From: Eledone cirrhosa
Lineage: Eukaryota
DNA: 64,000 bases
Assembly: GCA_964016885.1 (NCBI GenBank)
Contig: OZ024743.1
Location: forward strand, 81,034,001 to 81,098,000
Direction of reading: 5' to 3'
Part shown: positions 26,521 through 39,904 of the stretch, piece after piece
Numbering within the stretch: position 1 is the first letter of the stretch
Layout of the letters: the number at the start of each line of letters is the position of its first letter
The notes under the pieces: generated by a model
What the model was told of the DNA's origin: nothing
Seen by the model: the letters and a program-made list of their open reading frames with translations, nothing else
Databases searched by the model: none
Made by a program: the position numbers and the translations under genes

Positions 26521-26564
26521 GATGAATATAAGTCAATAGAGTGCTCAACCGAGATTATTATTAT

Positions 26565-26837
<273 letters not shown>

Positions 26838-26923
26838 GTAGGAGGTGAGTTTTATTGTAGCACAATAAATCAATGCAAATATCGGATAAGTAGCACTCAT
26901 CAGTTTATAGGACTGGAGTATAA

Positions 26924-27067
26924 ATAATATAAAATCAAAAGATGGTTAAAAGAGTTCCATGTATTTTATTATGCGCATTTCAAAAACAAATATCATCATG
27001 GGATGATATTTGTTTTTGAAATGCGCATAATAAAATACATGGAACTCTTTTAACCATCTTTTGATTT

Positions 27068-27075
<8 letters not shown>
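26924..27075. repeat. Near-perfect fold-back with ~75-bp arms, whose turn lies in a hammerhead core remnant
   Basis: Right arm reads GATGA-tatttgttttt-GAAA-tgcgca-TA. The left arm is its reverse complement, and the insert lies in (TA)n. Confidence 0.85.
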
Positions 27076-27106
<31 letters not shown>

Positions 27107-27790
27107 TGTGAGTGGGTGTTTTTGAGTGTGTGTATGAAGTGAAAGAGATAGATATTACGAGATACATAGATTTAAAAAACACAGTTCCTCATATGTGGAA
27201 TCTGTTTTAGATATTAACTAGACCCCCAAAGACCGAGGAAGACATTTATATGTGAAATAATCTTCTCTCAGATTCTGCTGATGTTAATTATGATTTTTAT
27301 TCCCTGTTGCATTAATTAATCAACAGTATTTAAAAAAAATTAATTGGAATGTTGCCAAACGGACAATAAAACTGATGGAAATACGGGAGAAGGAGAAAGA
27401 AAAAGAAGAGAAGCCAGAGAAAATTTAGTGAAATACCAGAAAATAACACAAATCTTAATGATAAACCAAGGAAAGAAATCAACAACAATAAAAATAGCTA
27501 TGACAACAACAACAACAACTACTAGTAAGACAATAACAACGAAAATAACAGCCACAACAACAACAGGAATACATATATACATCTATGTAAAAAAGGTCAA
27601 ACGCCATCTTGATAATTTATTGTTACATATACTCTGTTGTTTTATTTGTGTTTGCTTTAGGTTCATCTTTGTTTTAATTTGTTGTTGTTTTTTCTTGTCT
27701 TTCTCTCTTCAGTACATGAGCACTTAGGCCCTTCCGTGTAAGACAAAATACACATGTACACACACTTATGTATATAAGTATGTATGAATA

Positions 27791-27822
<32 letters not shown>

Positions 27823-27938
27823 AGAAATAAATATCGCTTTTTACAAAAACAATATTTATATATCATTTTATATTCATGTATAAGTTATAAATATATATTA
27901 TATTGTATAATTAAACATATATATGTATGTATTGTGTG

Positions 27939-28053
<115 letters not shown>

Positions 28054-28439
28054 CTGTGATTATTTATATCGTATATACACATATAATACATATATAAAAT
28101 CAATATAAATATTAATATTGTATAAAATTGTATATATTTTATTACACACACATACATACACATATATATATATAATATATACATTTATATATGCGTGTAT
28201 GTGTGTCTATAAAAGTCTATACAGTGCATATATATGCTGGAGGGTGATGTTACTAATTAATCGGTAGTAACATTCCACTAAGTCAATTAGTTGGATCTCT
28301 CTAATCCTACAACATAGAGGAAAACATAGAACAAATATATTTATATATCAGTGAACTCACATACACATACAATGACACAAACACCGACACACATACATAT
28401 ATATATATTTATACATCCATAACTATATATATCTCTCTC

Positions 28440-28517
<78 letters not shown>

Positions 28518-28519
<2 letters not shown>

Positions 28520-28640
28520 GAATTAGTACAGATTAAATTTTGTAGCAATGAATTTATGCTTTCACCCTAGGCAGGATCTTAGGAAGATAAGGTTGAAAGC
28601 AGAAATACATTGCTTTAAACTTTTAATCTTTACTAATAAT
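28518..28640. repeat. Older imperfect fold-back related to the PLE 3' end hammerhead
   Basis: Both arms contain GGT(T)GAAAGCA..TTGCT..AAA.TTTAATCT, similar to 18241-18277. Confidence 0.55.
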
Positions 28641-28886
28641 AAATATTTCTTCTACAGTTTCATATATAATTATATGTATGTGTGTATGTATGTGTGTGTG
28701 TGTGTGTGTGTGGACGTGAGTGAATTGTTATATGCTTTCAAGCAGAAATAGCCATGTTTGGCCAAACGGCTCACAAACACTCTATTGTCAATCACGTAGA
28801 TGCAGGGAACCAACGATTGACCCACAGGAAACCTGTAACTAATCTCACGATTCTTACGAACATAACACACACACATACATACACCC

Positions 28887-29008
<122 letters not shown>

Positions 29009-29496
29009 CATAAAACATGTCTATAGAATCACCTGATAAAATATATACCATTTCCTATCCCAATTAGCATAGTTAAATAATTAACCATATAAAAAATCGA
29101 TTAGACCAAGCTATAAGAATAAAGGCTTCTATGAAGAAATCTCCGACAAATAACCGAAATCACCCCTTCGCGGCGGCTGCGACAGAATATTTATCGAGTA
29201 ATTCGACAGCGTGTATGAATCGCCCAGATATACAGTCAATTAAACAGAATTAGGTGTAAAATAAACTAGGAGAAAAGAGAACATATCCCCTTTAAATAAT
29301 AAATAAAATGTCTTACTAAGCCGGTAGCGGTCATTAGTTTGAGAAGTAACATTACACCAGCACTGGTACCTTCCTAAGCATGCTAACATCTTTCCACCAT
29401 TTTTTATACTTAACAACGTATATGTAAGATGCATTCTGATGTTAAAGTATTATTTTACCCGAATAGAGTATTTCATTAAAAGCTTTGCCTTAATAT

Positions 29497-29537
29497 CTTC
29501 CTCAGACGAGCCCCATTGGGCGAAACATGTGTAAGAG
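29497..29537 (+). ncRNA. Hammerhead-like motif with core CAGACGA
   Basis: ct-CAGACGA-gccc catt gggc-GAAA-catgtg-TA-ag. Stem II is perfect and stem I is weak. Confidence 0.55.
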
Positions 29538-29605
29538 CTTTATAAAGATATGTTTTAACGGCTTGTAACTCTTTCATTAATTATTTTGCCTATATATATA
29601 AATAT

Positions 29606-29639
<34 letters not shown>

Positions 29640-29642
<3 letters not shown>

Positions 29643-29949
29643 CAATATATTAATAAATGGAAACTATATTTATTTTATTATACATATTTCAAGGGCAACC
29701 AAGGCAAATTATGGTGCGCTTTCATCAGATAAAATACAGATTTGTTTTATAAATAAATATTGACATACCCGGAAAAAAGGCAACCTTAACGGTTGGAGCT
29801 TCCTGGATATTCAATATTTATTTAGAAAACGAATCTGTATGTTATCTGATGAAAGCGAACCATAATTTGCTTTGGTTGCCCTTGAAATATGTATAATAAA
29901 ATAAATATGGTTTTATAAATATAGTTTCCATTTATTAATATATTGTATA
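29640..29949. repeat. Inverted repeat with ~130-bp arms and a ~27-bp spacer, in (TA)n
   Basis: TACAATATATTAATAAATGGAAACTATA... is matched by ...TATAGTTTCCATTTATTAATATATTGTA. Confidence 0.85.
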
Positions 29950-30014
29950 TTTATTCCACTAACTGTTGAGTGCTTTATAACACTTATACAATTTTTTAAA
30001 TTAAATATAACTTC

Positions 30015-30100
<86 letters not shown>

Positions 30101-30308
30101 ATGTAAGCTATCGCCGTATTTTGACTAAAGAAATTAAAGGAATTATTTAGCCTGATAGTGGGGTTAAGAACCCTCGGAGAAAAATGGAAAAAGATGAGTA
30201 TTGGTCAATACTCATCTTTTTCCATTTTTCTCCGAGGGTTCTTAACCCCACTATCAGGCCAAATAATTCCTTTAATTGCTTTAGTCAAAATACGGCGATA
30301 GCTTACAT
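30101..30308. repeat. Near-perfect fold-back with ~103-bp arms and a 2-nt turn
   Basis: ATGTAAGCTATCGCCG...GAGTATTG gt CAATACTC...CGGCGATAGCTTACAT. Confidence 0.92.
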
Positions 30309-30678
30309 ATATAATAATTTCAAACCCGCCCACTGTATATATATACACACTATATATATATATATTAATAGTATATTGCTCTGATTATTTGATTTATTAA
30401 TTCATCATTGAACCACATCGTGAATGGTTGTCAAAACATATATATCTATGACTTTGTCTAGTTTGTGTATATGTAAATCTTTATATTTGATAATCTCCCA
30501 TAAAGTTGAGATGCAATTTAGGCAATATTGGGCTGCGCTTTCTAGCAACCAGCCCACTCGCTGTAAGGCACCAATCACATTCTTTCTGACTTGACCACTG
30601 CCACGTCACAGTTCTTAGCCATTTTGAATTCGTTTCTGGCGGGGATCATTTAAGAAAAATCTTTGTCCAAGTGAGTTT

Positions 30679-30760
30679 GTTTCCTGATGAGTTCGAAGCT
30701 CGAGAATTTATCCTTGATAGGATATTTCCGAAAGCGAACGAAACCCTAAAGGGTAGAAAC
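30679..30760 (+). ncRNA. Type I hammerhead ribozyme, fully canonical, GUA site (predicted cut after 30755)
   Basis: gtttc-CTGATGA-gttcg...cgaac-GAAA-ccc taaa ggg-TA-gaaac. All three stems are perfect. Confidence 0.88.
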
Positions 30761-31059
30761 GTAATCCTGGTATGTGTATATGCATTTTTTCTTCTAACTT
30801 TAATTTTATACCTAATTGTGTATGGTTGACCGTATATTTAATCGATTTCCACGTGCTATTGAAATGGTGGGTAAATATTCTATAGCTGTTGATAGCGAAT
30901 AGATGCCTATCGTTTATTTATCTAGTATTTCTTCACAGGTGCCTTTTAATCTTGTAGCCTGGTTTAATTGTTTTTTTTTTGTGCAGTTGATTATGCTAAT
31001 TGGGAGAGGAAATGGTGTATATATATATTATCAAATGATTCTATGGACATAATTTATAG

Positions 31060-31096
<37 letters not shown>

Positions 31097-31150
31097 TAAT
31101 AAAAATAATGAATAAAAACCAAGAAACAGTTCCTTATATTAAAAAATTCA

Positions 31151-31280
31151 TCATTTTACGATCGTTTCAAACATATGTTTGTGTTGGTATGTATATCATA
31201 TAGATCTATGTAAAATTTTTACAAACTATCAGAGGGAATATACATACCTACACATATATATATGCTGTATTCAGAAATAA
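31151..31280 (-). ncRNA. Type I hammerhead with ~100-nt stem II and decayed core CTGAATA (same family as 54719-54850)
   Basis: attt-CTGAATA-long hairpin-GAAA-cgatcg-TA-aaat. The 31090-31290 flanks match 54670-54855. Confidence 0.6.
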
Positions 31281-31615
31281 TGATATTTGTTTATTGAAAA
31301 AAACCAACAAAGATTTAATATAATAGGTCTGTCTGGGAACAGGTTTTGAATTGACCAATAGAAAGGTAGTCCTTAGAAGGTATTGGTATATTCTTTAAAG
31401 AAGTTCCCAAGTATTGTTTTTCCATTGTGATATGGATAATGGACAAGAAAAAGAGCTCAACTATATATATAGGGAGTTATAAAGTTATATATATATATAT
31501 ATACAAAAATAAGATTACCCTTATAAAATTAGGAGCAAAGTATGTAGATAAATCTATATATATATATTATGAAAATAAACCAAAGAAGCCTTCAATACAT
31601 CAAAAGTCTTTATTA

Positions 31616-31653
31616 GCCAACAATGTTTCGTCCTATTAAGGACTCATTAGGGC
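31616..31653 (-). ncRNA. Minimal hammerhead with decayed core (G5A)
   Basis: gcc-CTAATGA-gtcc ttaata ggac-GAAA-cattg-TT-ggc. Confidence 0.6.
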
Positions 31654-32221
31654 AATTAAAGCTATAAGAAGCACTATCGGCCAATACAAGCCAAAAAACT
31701 CAGAAGAATATGGAGTGTACAAACATTAAAGCATAGGAAAATATCAAGTAAAAATTGCTAAGGAAGTGAACAACATTTTGAACCATATTACAAATATAGT
31801 CCATGTGTAACTCCAACACACTCTAGTATTTTAATTCTTATATATATATATATGAATTTATATATATACAGTATATATTGCTTTTCCTTCGGAATTACCT
31901 AACATATATATATAGTGTATATATATATATGTATAGACACTATATATATATATATATACACTATATATATATATACACTATTTATATATATACACTATAT
32001 ATATATATACACTATATATATATAGTGTATACATATATATATAATATATATATATATATATAAATACACTATATATATATACACTATATATATATAGTGT
32101 ATATATATATATATATATAGTGTATATAAATCTCTATGATTTAGTAGAGAACAATATATTTTGACCAGTTATCTACATCCCGGTTCTCTCTTCCGCTGGT
32201 CTCACATAAAAACACACATGT

Positions 32222-32780
32222 GCACCTCCCTCTCTCACCTACCACTCCTTCCTTCCCTCTCTACCTCCCTCTCTCACCTACCACTCCTTCCTTCTCACTT
32301 TCTCTCACTGTACCTATCACTCCTTCCTTCTCTATCTCTCTCTCTACCTATCACTCCTTCCCTCTCTCTCTCTCTCTCTCTACCTATCACTCCTTCCTTC
32401 TCTCTCTCTCTCTATCTAGCCATCACTCCTTCCTTCTCTCTCTCTCTCTCTGTCTCTCTCTACCTATCACTCCTTCCTTCTCTCTCTCTCTCTCTCTCTC
32501 TCTCTACCTATCCCTCCTTCCTTCTCTCTCTCTCTCTATCTAGCCATCACTCCTTCCTTCTCTCTCTCCCTCTACCTATCACCCCTTCCTTCTCTCTCTC
32601 TCCCTCTACCTATCACTCCTGCCTTCTCTCTCTCTCCCTCTACCTATCACTCCTTCCTTCTCTCTCTCTCCCTCTACCTATCACTCCTTCCTTCTCTCTC
32701 TCTCCCTCTCTCTATCTAGCCATCACTCCTTCCTTCTCTCTCTCTCTCCCTCTCTCTATATCTCTCTCTTTCTCTCTCTG
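32222..32780. repeat. CT-rich minisatellite (CTACCTATCACTCCTTCCTT(CT)n units)
   Basis: Seen directly. Confidence 0.85.
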
Positions 32781-32816
32781 TATATATATATTTTTAGATA
32801 CACACACACACAAATA

Positions 32817-32850
<34 letters not shown>

Positions 32851-32858
32851 TAACTATG

Positions 32859-32917
<59 letters not shown>

Positions 32918-32925
32918 CTATGTAT

Positions 32926-32975
<50 letters not shown>

Positions 32976-33569
32976 TTGTGTGTGTGTATGGTATATGTGT
33001 ATATATAAGCACACAGTTATAGATATACGTATATCTATCTATCCTACATCCATATACAACTACAACACATATGTATGTAATCTGTAATCTGCTGAGTTAC
33101 AGCAACCATTCTTAACAAATATATTTATCAAACTAACAGAATGGACAGGCGATACTCATAAAGATCTGCCTCAAAGTACAAACAGCAGCGTACATCCTGT
33201 TTAGAGCCCTCCACGTCTTGCTACTTATATGATGATTAATGAGGAAGGTCTGTCTGCTATCACTAAGCATCATGTCAGGTCCATCTATATTTAATGCTAG
33301 TAATCAATTTTCCCTGTTACTCATAATTTACAGAAGTCCTGGGAGTATTTTCATGAAGAGATTCAGAATGACTGCCCCCTTCACCTCCACTCCCTCCTAT
33401 CCCTTTTTTTCTCATCCACTCTATCTCTTTCTCATCGTCATCATCATTACCCCCCCCCCTCTCTCTCTCTCTCTTTCTCTCTACTGATAGCTCAAAACAT
33501 TGAAGCAGAAGGATAAAAAATAATTGATATTTTTTTAATCATACTCCTTTCATATTGGATTTTGCTATG

Positions 33570-33627
<58 letters not shown>

Positions 33628-33698
33628 ATACATTAACAGAGAAAGCTTTAAGCAATACTCCGTCCGACTTCCGTCTCACTCAACAAATATTAGGATAA

Positions 33699-33755
<57 letters not shown>

Positions 33756-33981
33756 ATGAGAGAGAGAGACAAAAAGAGAGAGGGAGAGAAAGAGAGGGGG
33801 AGTGAGAGTGACAGGGGAGAGAGAGATACATATATATATATATATATAATTATATATATATACATATATATAATTATATATATATATGTATACATATATA
33901 TATATATATCTATGTAAAGGGAGAGAGGGATGAGAGAGAGAGAGAGAAAGAGGAGGAGTGAGAGTGGCAGGGGAGAGAGAG

Positions 33982-34034
<53 letters not shown>

Positions 34035-34241
34035 TATTTATATATATATACATATATATTTATATATATACATACATACATATATATATATATATAATAG
34101 AAATGACCTGATGTGGTGAGTACGTTATTTTAACAATGGTGTCCTTCCGTTCTTCAACGGAAAAAACATTGTATTGTTCGTACACACATACATACGTACA
34201 CTACATACGTACACTACGTACACTACATACATACATACACT

Positions 34242-34310
34242 AAAACCTTGCCACCAGGAAGGTGGCCGGTCAAAAAAATATACTCGAAATTAAGAGAAAG
34301 AGATAACAGA
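34242..34310 (+). mobile_element. Extremely 5'-truncated 3' end of the 6448-10660 R4/Dong family
   Basis: AACCTTGCCACCAGGAAGGTGGCCGGTCAAAAAAATATACTCGAAATTAAGAGAAAGAGAT is identical to ~10597-10658. It is embedded in CATA repeats. Confidence 0.88.
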
Positions 34311-34391
34311 TACACACATATATACATACATACATAAATATTTATGTATAAGTATATATACATTTATATGCAGGTGTATCCGTGTATATAT

Positions 34392-35250
34392 ATATATTTA
34401 TTAAAATAACAGCTTAAAGTTTAAGCAAAGATACATGTAGTTGTGTGTGTGTACACACGTTATATACATATTTATGTGTGTGTATTTATATGCGTTTATT
34501 TAATTATGTATACAGGCACACACACACATGTATATCTATATGTGTTTTTATATATATATTTTTATGTGTATTTGGTGTGTACGTTCGTATGTGTGAGGGT
34601 ACAGGCGTTGCGTGGGTTCTGTATGTGCGTGCGTGTTTTTTTTTTTTTGTTATTTTTGTGTACGTGCTTGTATTTGCATACCCATGGCGAGTGTTTTCGC
34701 GTATGCTTGTGTATGTACGTATATGGATGCGTGTATGTATATATTTAATTTCAATTACCTCGGTATGTTATTTACTTTATTCTTAACTCTGAAGCCGAGA
34801 ATCATTCGGTTTCCTAAATAGAATTTTAGTCTACGACTTCAGTTATACCATTTACGTGGTTTTGTCTTTGCGTGTAATTGTTCTCCACGCTCCACATATG
34901 ACGTATTATCTTCGTTTTTTCCGTTCATTGCCAGAGAACGTCTCTATGAACCACCTAATAGAATATTAGTCTACGACTTCATTTATACCATAAACGTGGT
35001 TTTGTCTTTGCGTGTAATTGTTTTTCACCGCTCCAAATAATGACGTATTATCTTCGTTTTTTTCTGTTCTTTGCCAGGGAACGATTCCACGAACCAAAGT
35101 ATCGTCTTCCTGTCTTCCTCCGGTTGCAACGTTTTTTGAAATAATTACTTCTGCGTTCACGGATTGACCTTTTTAGTTTCAGAAGATCCCGTTAGGGGTG
35201 AAAGCAGCGATTCTTTGCTTAAACTTTAATCTGTTATTTTAATAAATATT
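34392..35250 (+). mobile_element. Solo PLE 3' UTR/pseudo-LTR copy with a short inverted 3'-end copy at its 5' junction
   Basis: Reverse complement of ~20605-21300. 34394-34430 is the inverse of 35212-35250. Internal ~140-bp tandem subrepeats. Confidence 0.8.
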
Positions 35251-35303
35251 TGCTCTACGGTTCTTATATATTTGATATATTTAGTCTTCAAATTTATTAT
35301 TAT

Positions 35304-35396
<93 letters not shown>

Positions 35397-35546
35397 GAGA
35401 TAGAGAGAGTCTACTGCACTGAGACCGAAAGAGGCCACTAATTACTGGGAGTACTCAATACATGGGGAATGCAATGGGGATATAGAGATATGTAAATTTC
35501 ATGAGGTTTCACGTCCAAACTGATTGGAGCCGTGGCTAGGATTTTA

Positions 35547-35606
<60 letters not shown>

Positions 35607-35608
35607 AC

Positions 35609-35695
<87 letters not shown>

Positions 35696-35768
35696 CTCTC
35701 AATCCCTCACTCTCGGTCTCTCTTCTTCTCACACTCTCTTTCTCGTTCTCTCTCTCTGCATATATAAA

Positions 35769-35814
<46 letters not shown>

Positions 35815-35816
<2 letters not shown>

Positions 35817-36219
35817 AATATAAGTATGTATACGTACATACATATATGTGTACAGACGCACAGTAGTATGTATATATATATACATACATGCACACATATA
35901 TATATGTACGTATGGGTTTACCGAACATTTATTATAATGTTCGGTTTGTTTGTAAAAAAACAGCCCGAATTACGACGATAGCTAATAAGCTTGAAACTAG
36001 TACATCATTCTTGTGTCAGTGTTGAACAAAAGGGCGACGATGGATGCCGAGCACTGTACGGCGTAATTCGGGCTGTCTGTTTACAAACAAACCGAGCATT
36101 ATAATAAATGTTCGGTAAACCCATACGTATATATATATATGTGTGCATGTATGTATATATATACATACTACTGTACGTCTGTACACATATATGTATGTAC
36201 GTATACATACTTATATTTA
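35815..36219. repeat. Inverted repeat with ~160-bp arms and a spacer holding a 5'-clipped hammerhead
   Basis: Arms 35815-35974 / 36062-36219. The spacer reads GACGA-t agc taataa gct t-GAAA-ctag-TA. Confidence 0.8.
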
Positions 36220-36293
36220 GGTATCAGCCGTACTAAGAGTGAGAAATGAAATTTCGTTTCATTCTTTTCCATTTATTTATATATATATATATG

Positions 36294-36453
<160 letters not shown>

Positions 36454-36454
36454 G

Positions 36455-36504
<50 letters not shown>

Positions 36505-36655
36505 AGGGAGTGTAACGTGGAGTTACTGTAGGTTCACCCGGGTGGGCACTCGATGTTTAGGTTCAGTGTCGAGGTGTAGAGTTAGACAGAGTGTATTATA
36601 GTGAAATAAAATAAAACAAGGAAGATTGGTTACTCCTTCTTTACGTTTATTGGTT

Positions 36656-36740
36656 GGTGACGCGCGTTTCGCCACTCATCAGCTCAAGGTTCCATCTGTA
36701 TCGATCTATCCCGACGCTGTAATCCGCGGCTCGTCAAACC
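36656..36740 (-). ncRNA. Hammerhead with palindromic stem III (CGCGCG), GUC site and two alternative cores
   Basis: ggt-TTGACGA-gcc...ggc-GAAA-cgcgcg-TC-acc, with a nested CTGATGA-gtggc-GAAA. Confidence 0.65.
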
Positions 36741-37059
36741 CCTTACAATGGTAACGGAAAAATTAATGTACATCTATATTCGACCGTGAGTATTGTTATT
36801 CATGTTCCGGTATAGTTTCTGTTTCTAATTATCATAGACTCTACACTTATTCTAGACCTGCTCAACATAGCAGCCAAATTCCCTCCAGATCACACACGTT
36901 ACTTGGCCCTATTATTTCGGGGCAAACGTCATTTATCCAGAGATTGATATAATAAACATTATACAATATTGAAGTAGATTTCAGCAGGTGTGGTGGCCGT
37001 TAAATTATCTGCATCTCTTCCCTCTTGAGACATCGCTATAACCATCTTCTTTATCCTCG

Positions 37060-37355
37060 TCATCACCACCACCACAACCAACACCACCACCACCACCACC
37101 ACTATAACCTGTACCCAAGCCCCACCACCACCACCACCACCACCACCACCACCACCACTACCACCACTATCACCACCAATACCACCACCAGCACAAACAC
37201 CACCACCACAGCCACCACCACCACCACAGGCACCACAAACACCACCACCGCAACTATCGCCTCCTCCACCATCACCACCACCACCAGCATACAACCCCAC
37301 ACACCACCACTACAAACACCCCCACCACCACCAGCATACAACCACCACCACCACC
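37060..37355. repeat. (CAC)n-rich simple repeat
   Basis: Seen directly. Confidence 0.9.
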
Positions 37356-37532
37356 GCGATTTCCAAACTGAGATCTCAGATCTCTTTAAAAATCTCCCCA
37401 CCGAAGTTAACAAATAACTTTCTTGATCTAAAAAACCAAATTGTAAAATCATAAAATTAAATTAAATTGTTTAGTCTACATGTAAAATCATTCTTTTCCC
37501 TTTTTTTAAATATATATATATATATATATACA

Positions 37533-37568
<36 letters not shown>

Positions 37569-37582
37569 ATATATATATATAT

Positions 37583-38425
<843 letters not shown>

Positions 38426-38640
38426 GAAATCAGTAAAATCGAATCTCTGGCGGTTTGCAAGTGAATTCGGCCTACTTATATGAAATGATGAGTTGGCAAA
38501 GCACTCGATAAGATAGGGCCTTAGAGTAATAACATACGTTTAAATAGCTTGACAAATCGAACATTGTGGTAGGCTAAACTAACACACAATATATATACCA
38601 GAGCAACGATAGAACTAATCAGGTTGAGAAATATATATAT

Positions 38641-38711
<71 letters not shown>

Positions 38712-38964
38712 ATATATATATATATGTAATATGTGTATATATATATATGTTGTATATATATATATATATACAACCAAAAGTCACACTCGTTCAGCGCATC
38801 GGTAGGGTTCTCCTACATGGATATAAAGTATTGGCCGTACTCGAAAACGAGTTGGCAGCCACTATATATATAAGGAACGATCGACTTTCGTCAAATCGGA
38901 CCGAGGGAACAATGTTTCCGTTGGTCTTTCCAATTGCTAATACTATCTATCGGTCGCAACTCCA

Positions 38965-39217
<253 letters not shown>

Positions 39218-39271
39218 CTGTCCAAGAAAAATATACTTCAATCTTCTTGTCTGGGATTTGAATTCATGATC

Positions 39272-39772
39272 TACAATAACAACAATACCACTACAACCAC
39301 AACCACCACCAACAACAACTAGCACCACAACCACAACCACCACCAACAACAACTAGCACCACAGCCACAACCACCACCAACAACAACACTAGCACCACAA
39401 CCACAACCACCACCAACAACAACAATAGCACCACCACCACCACAACTACCACCAACAACAACAATAGCACCACCACCACCACAACCACCACCAACAACAA
39501 CTAGCACCACAACCACAACCACCACCAACAACAACAATAGCACCACCACAACCACAACCACCACCAACAACAACAAAAGCACCACCACCACCAACAACAA
39601 CGATAGCACCACCACCGCCACCACCACCACCAACAACAACAACAATAACAACAATAGAACCACCACCACCACAACCAGGACCAACAACAACAATAGGACC
39701 ACCACCACCACCACCACAACCACCACCACCAACATCATCAACAACAACAACAACACCAGCAAGAATAACAAC
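39272..39772. repeat. (ACC/AAC)-rich compound repeat
   Basis: Seen directly. Confidence 0.9.
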
Positions 39773-39904
39773 ACGAAAAACGAGGAGACTTCAGAAAAAA
39801 ACCCTACAACTAACACCAACTCCATTTTGTTTTCTGTTGTAATCTCTTTAACTCTCTTCTCTTTTAATGTTGTTGTTGTAAACAAGATTTGATGATATGT
39901 AATG

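Larger units (their letters stand above)
20605..26545 (-). mobile_element. Penelope-like retroelement (Naiad-like: RT + C-terminal GIY-YIG), decayed, interrupted by a hAT transposon at 21660-24403
   Basis: From the ATG at 26520: MQKQHLNISTKNIP, FIKRLRWRA, SDKTGNLY, INPTEFDLGRLSK, FDVSMGA..AEV, GLYRDDS, CLDV..PYRK..SNHP, WYNP, CNCRNRVDCPLSGKCL..VYKC..YIG and CDLC. The 3' UTR resumes at 21651-20605. Confidence 0.88.
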
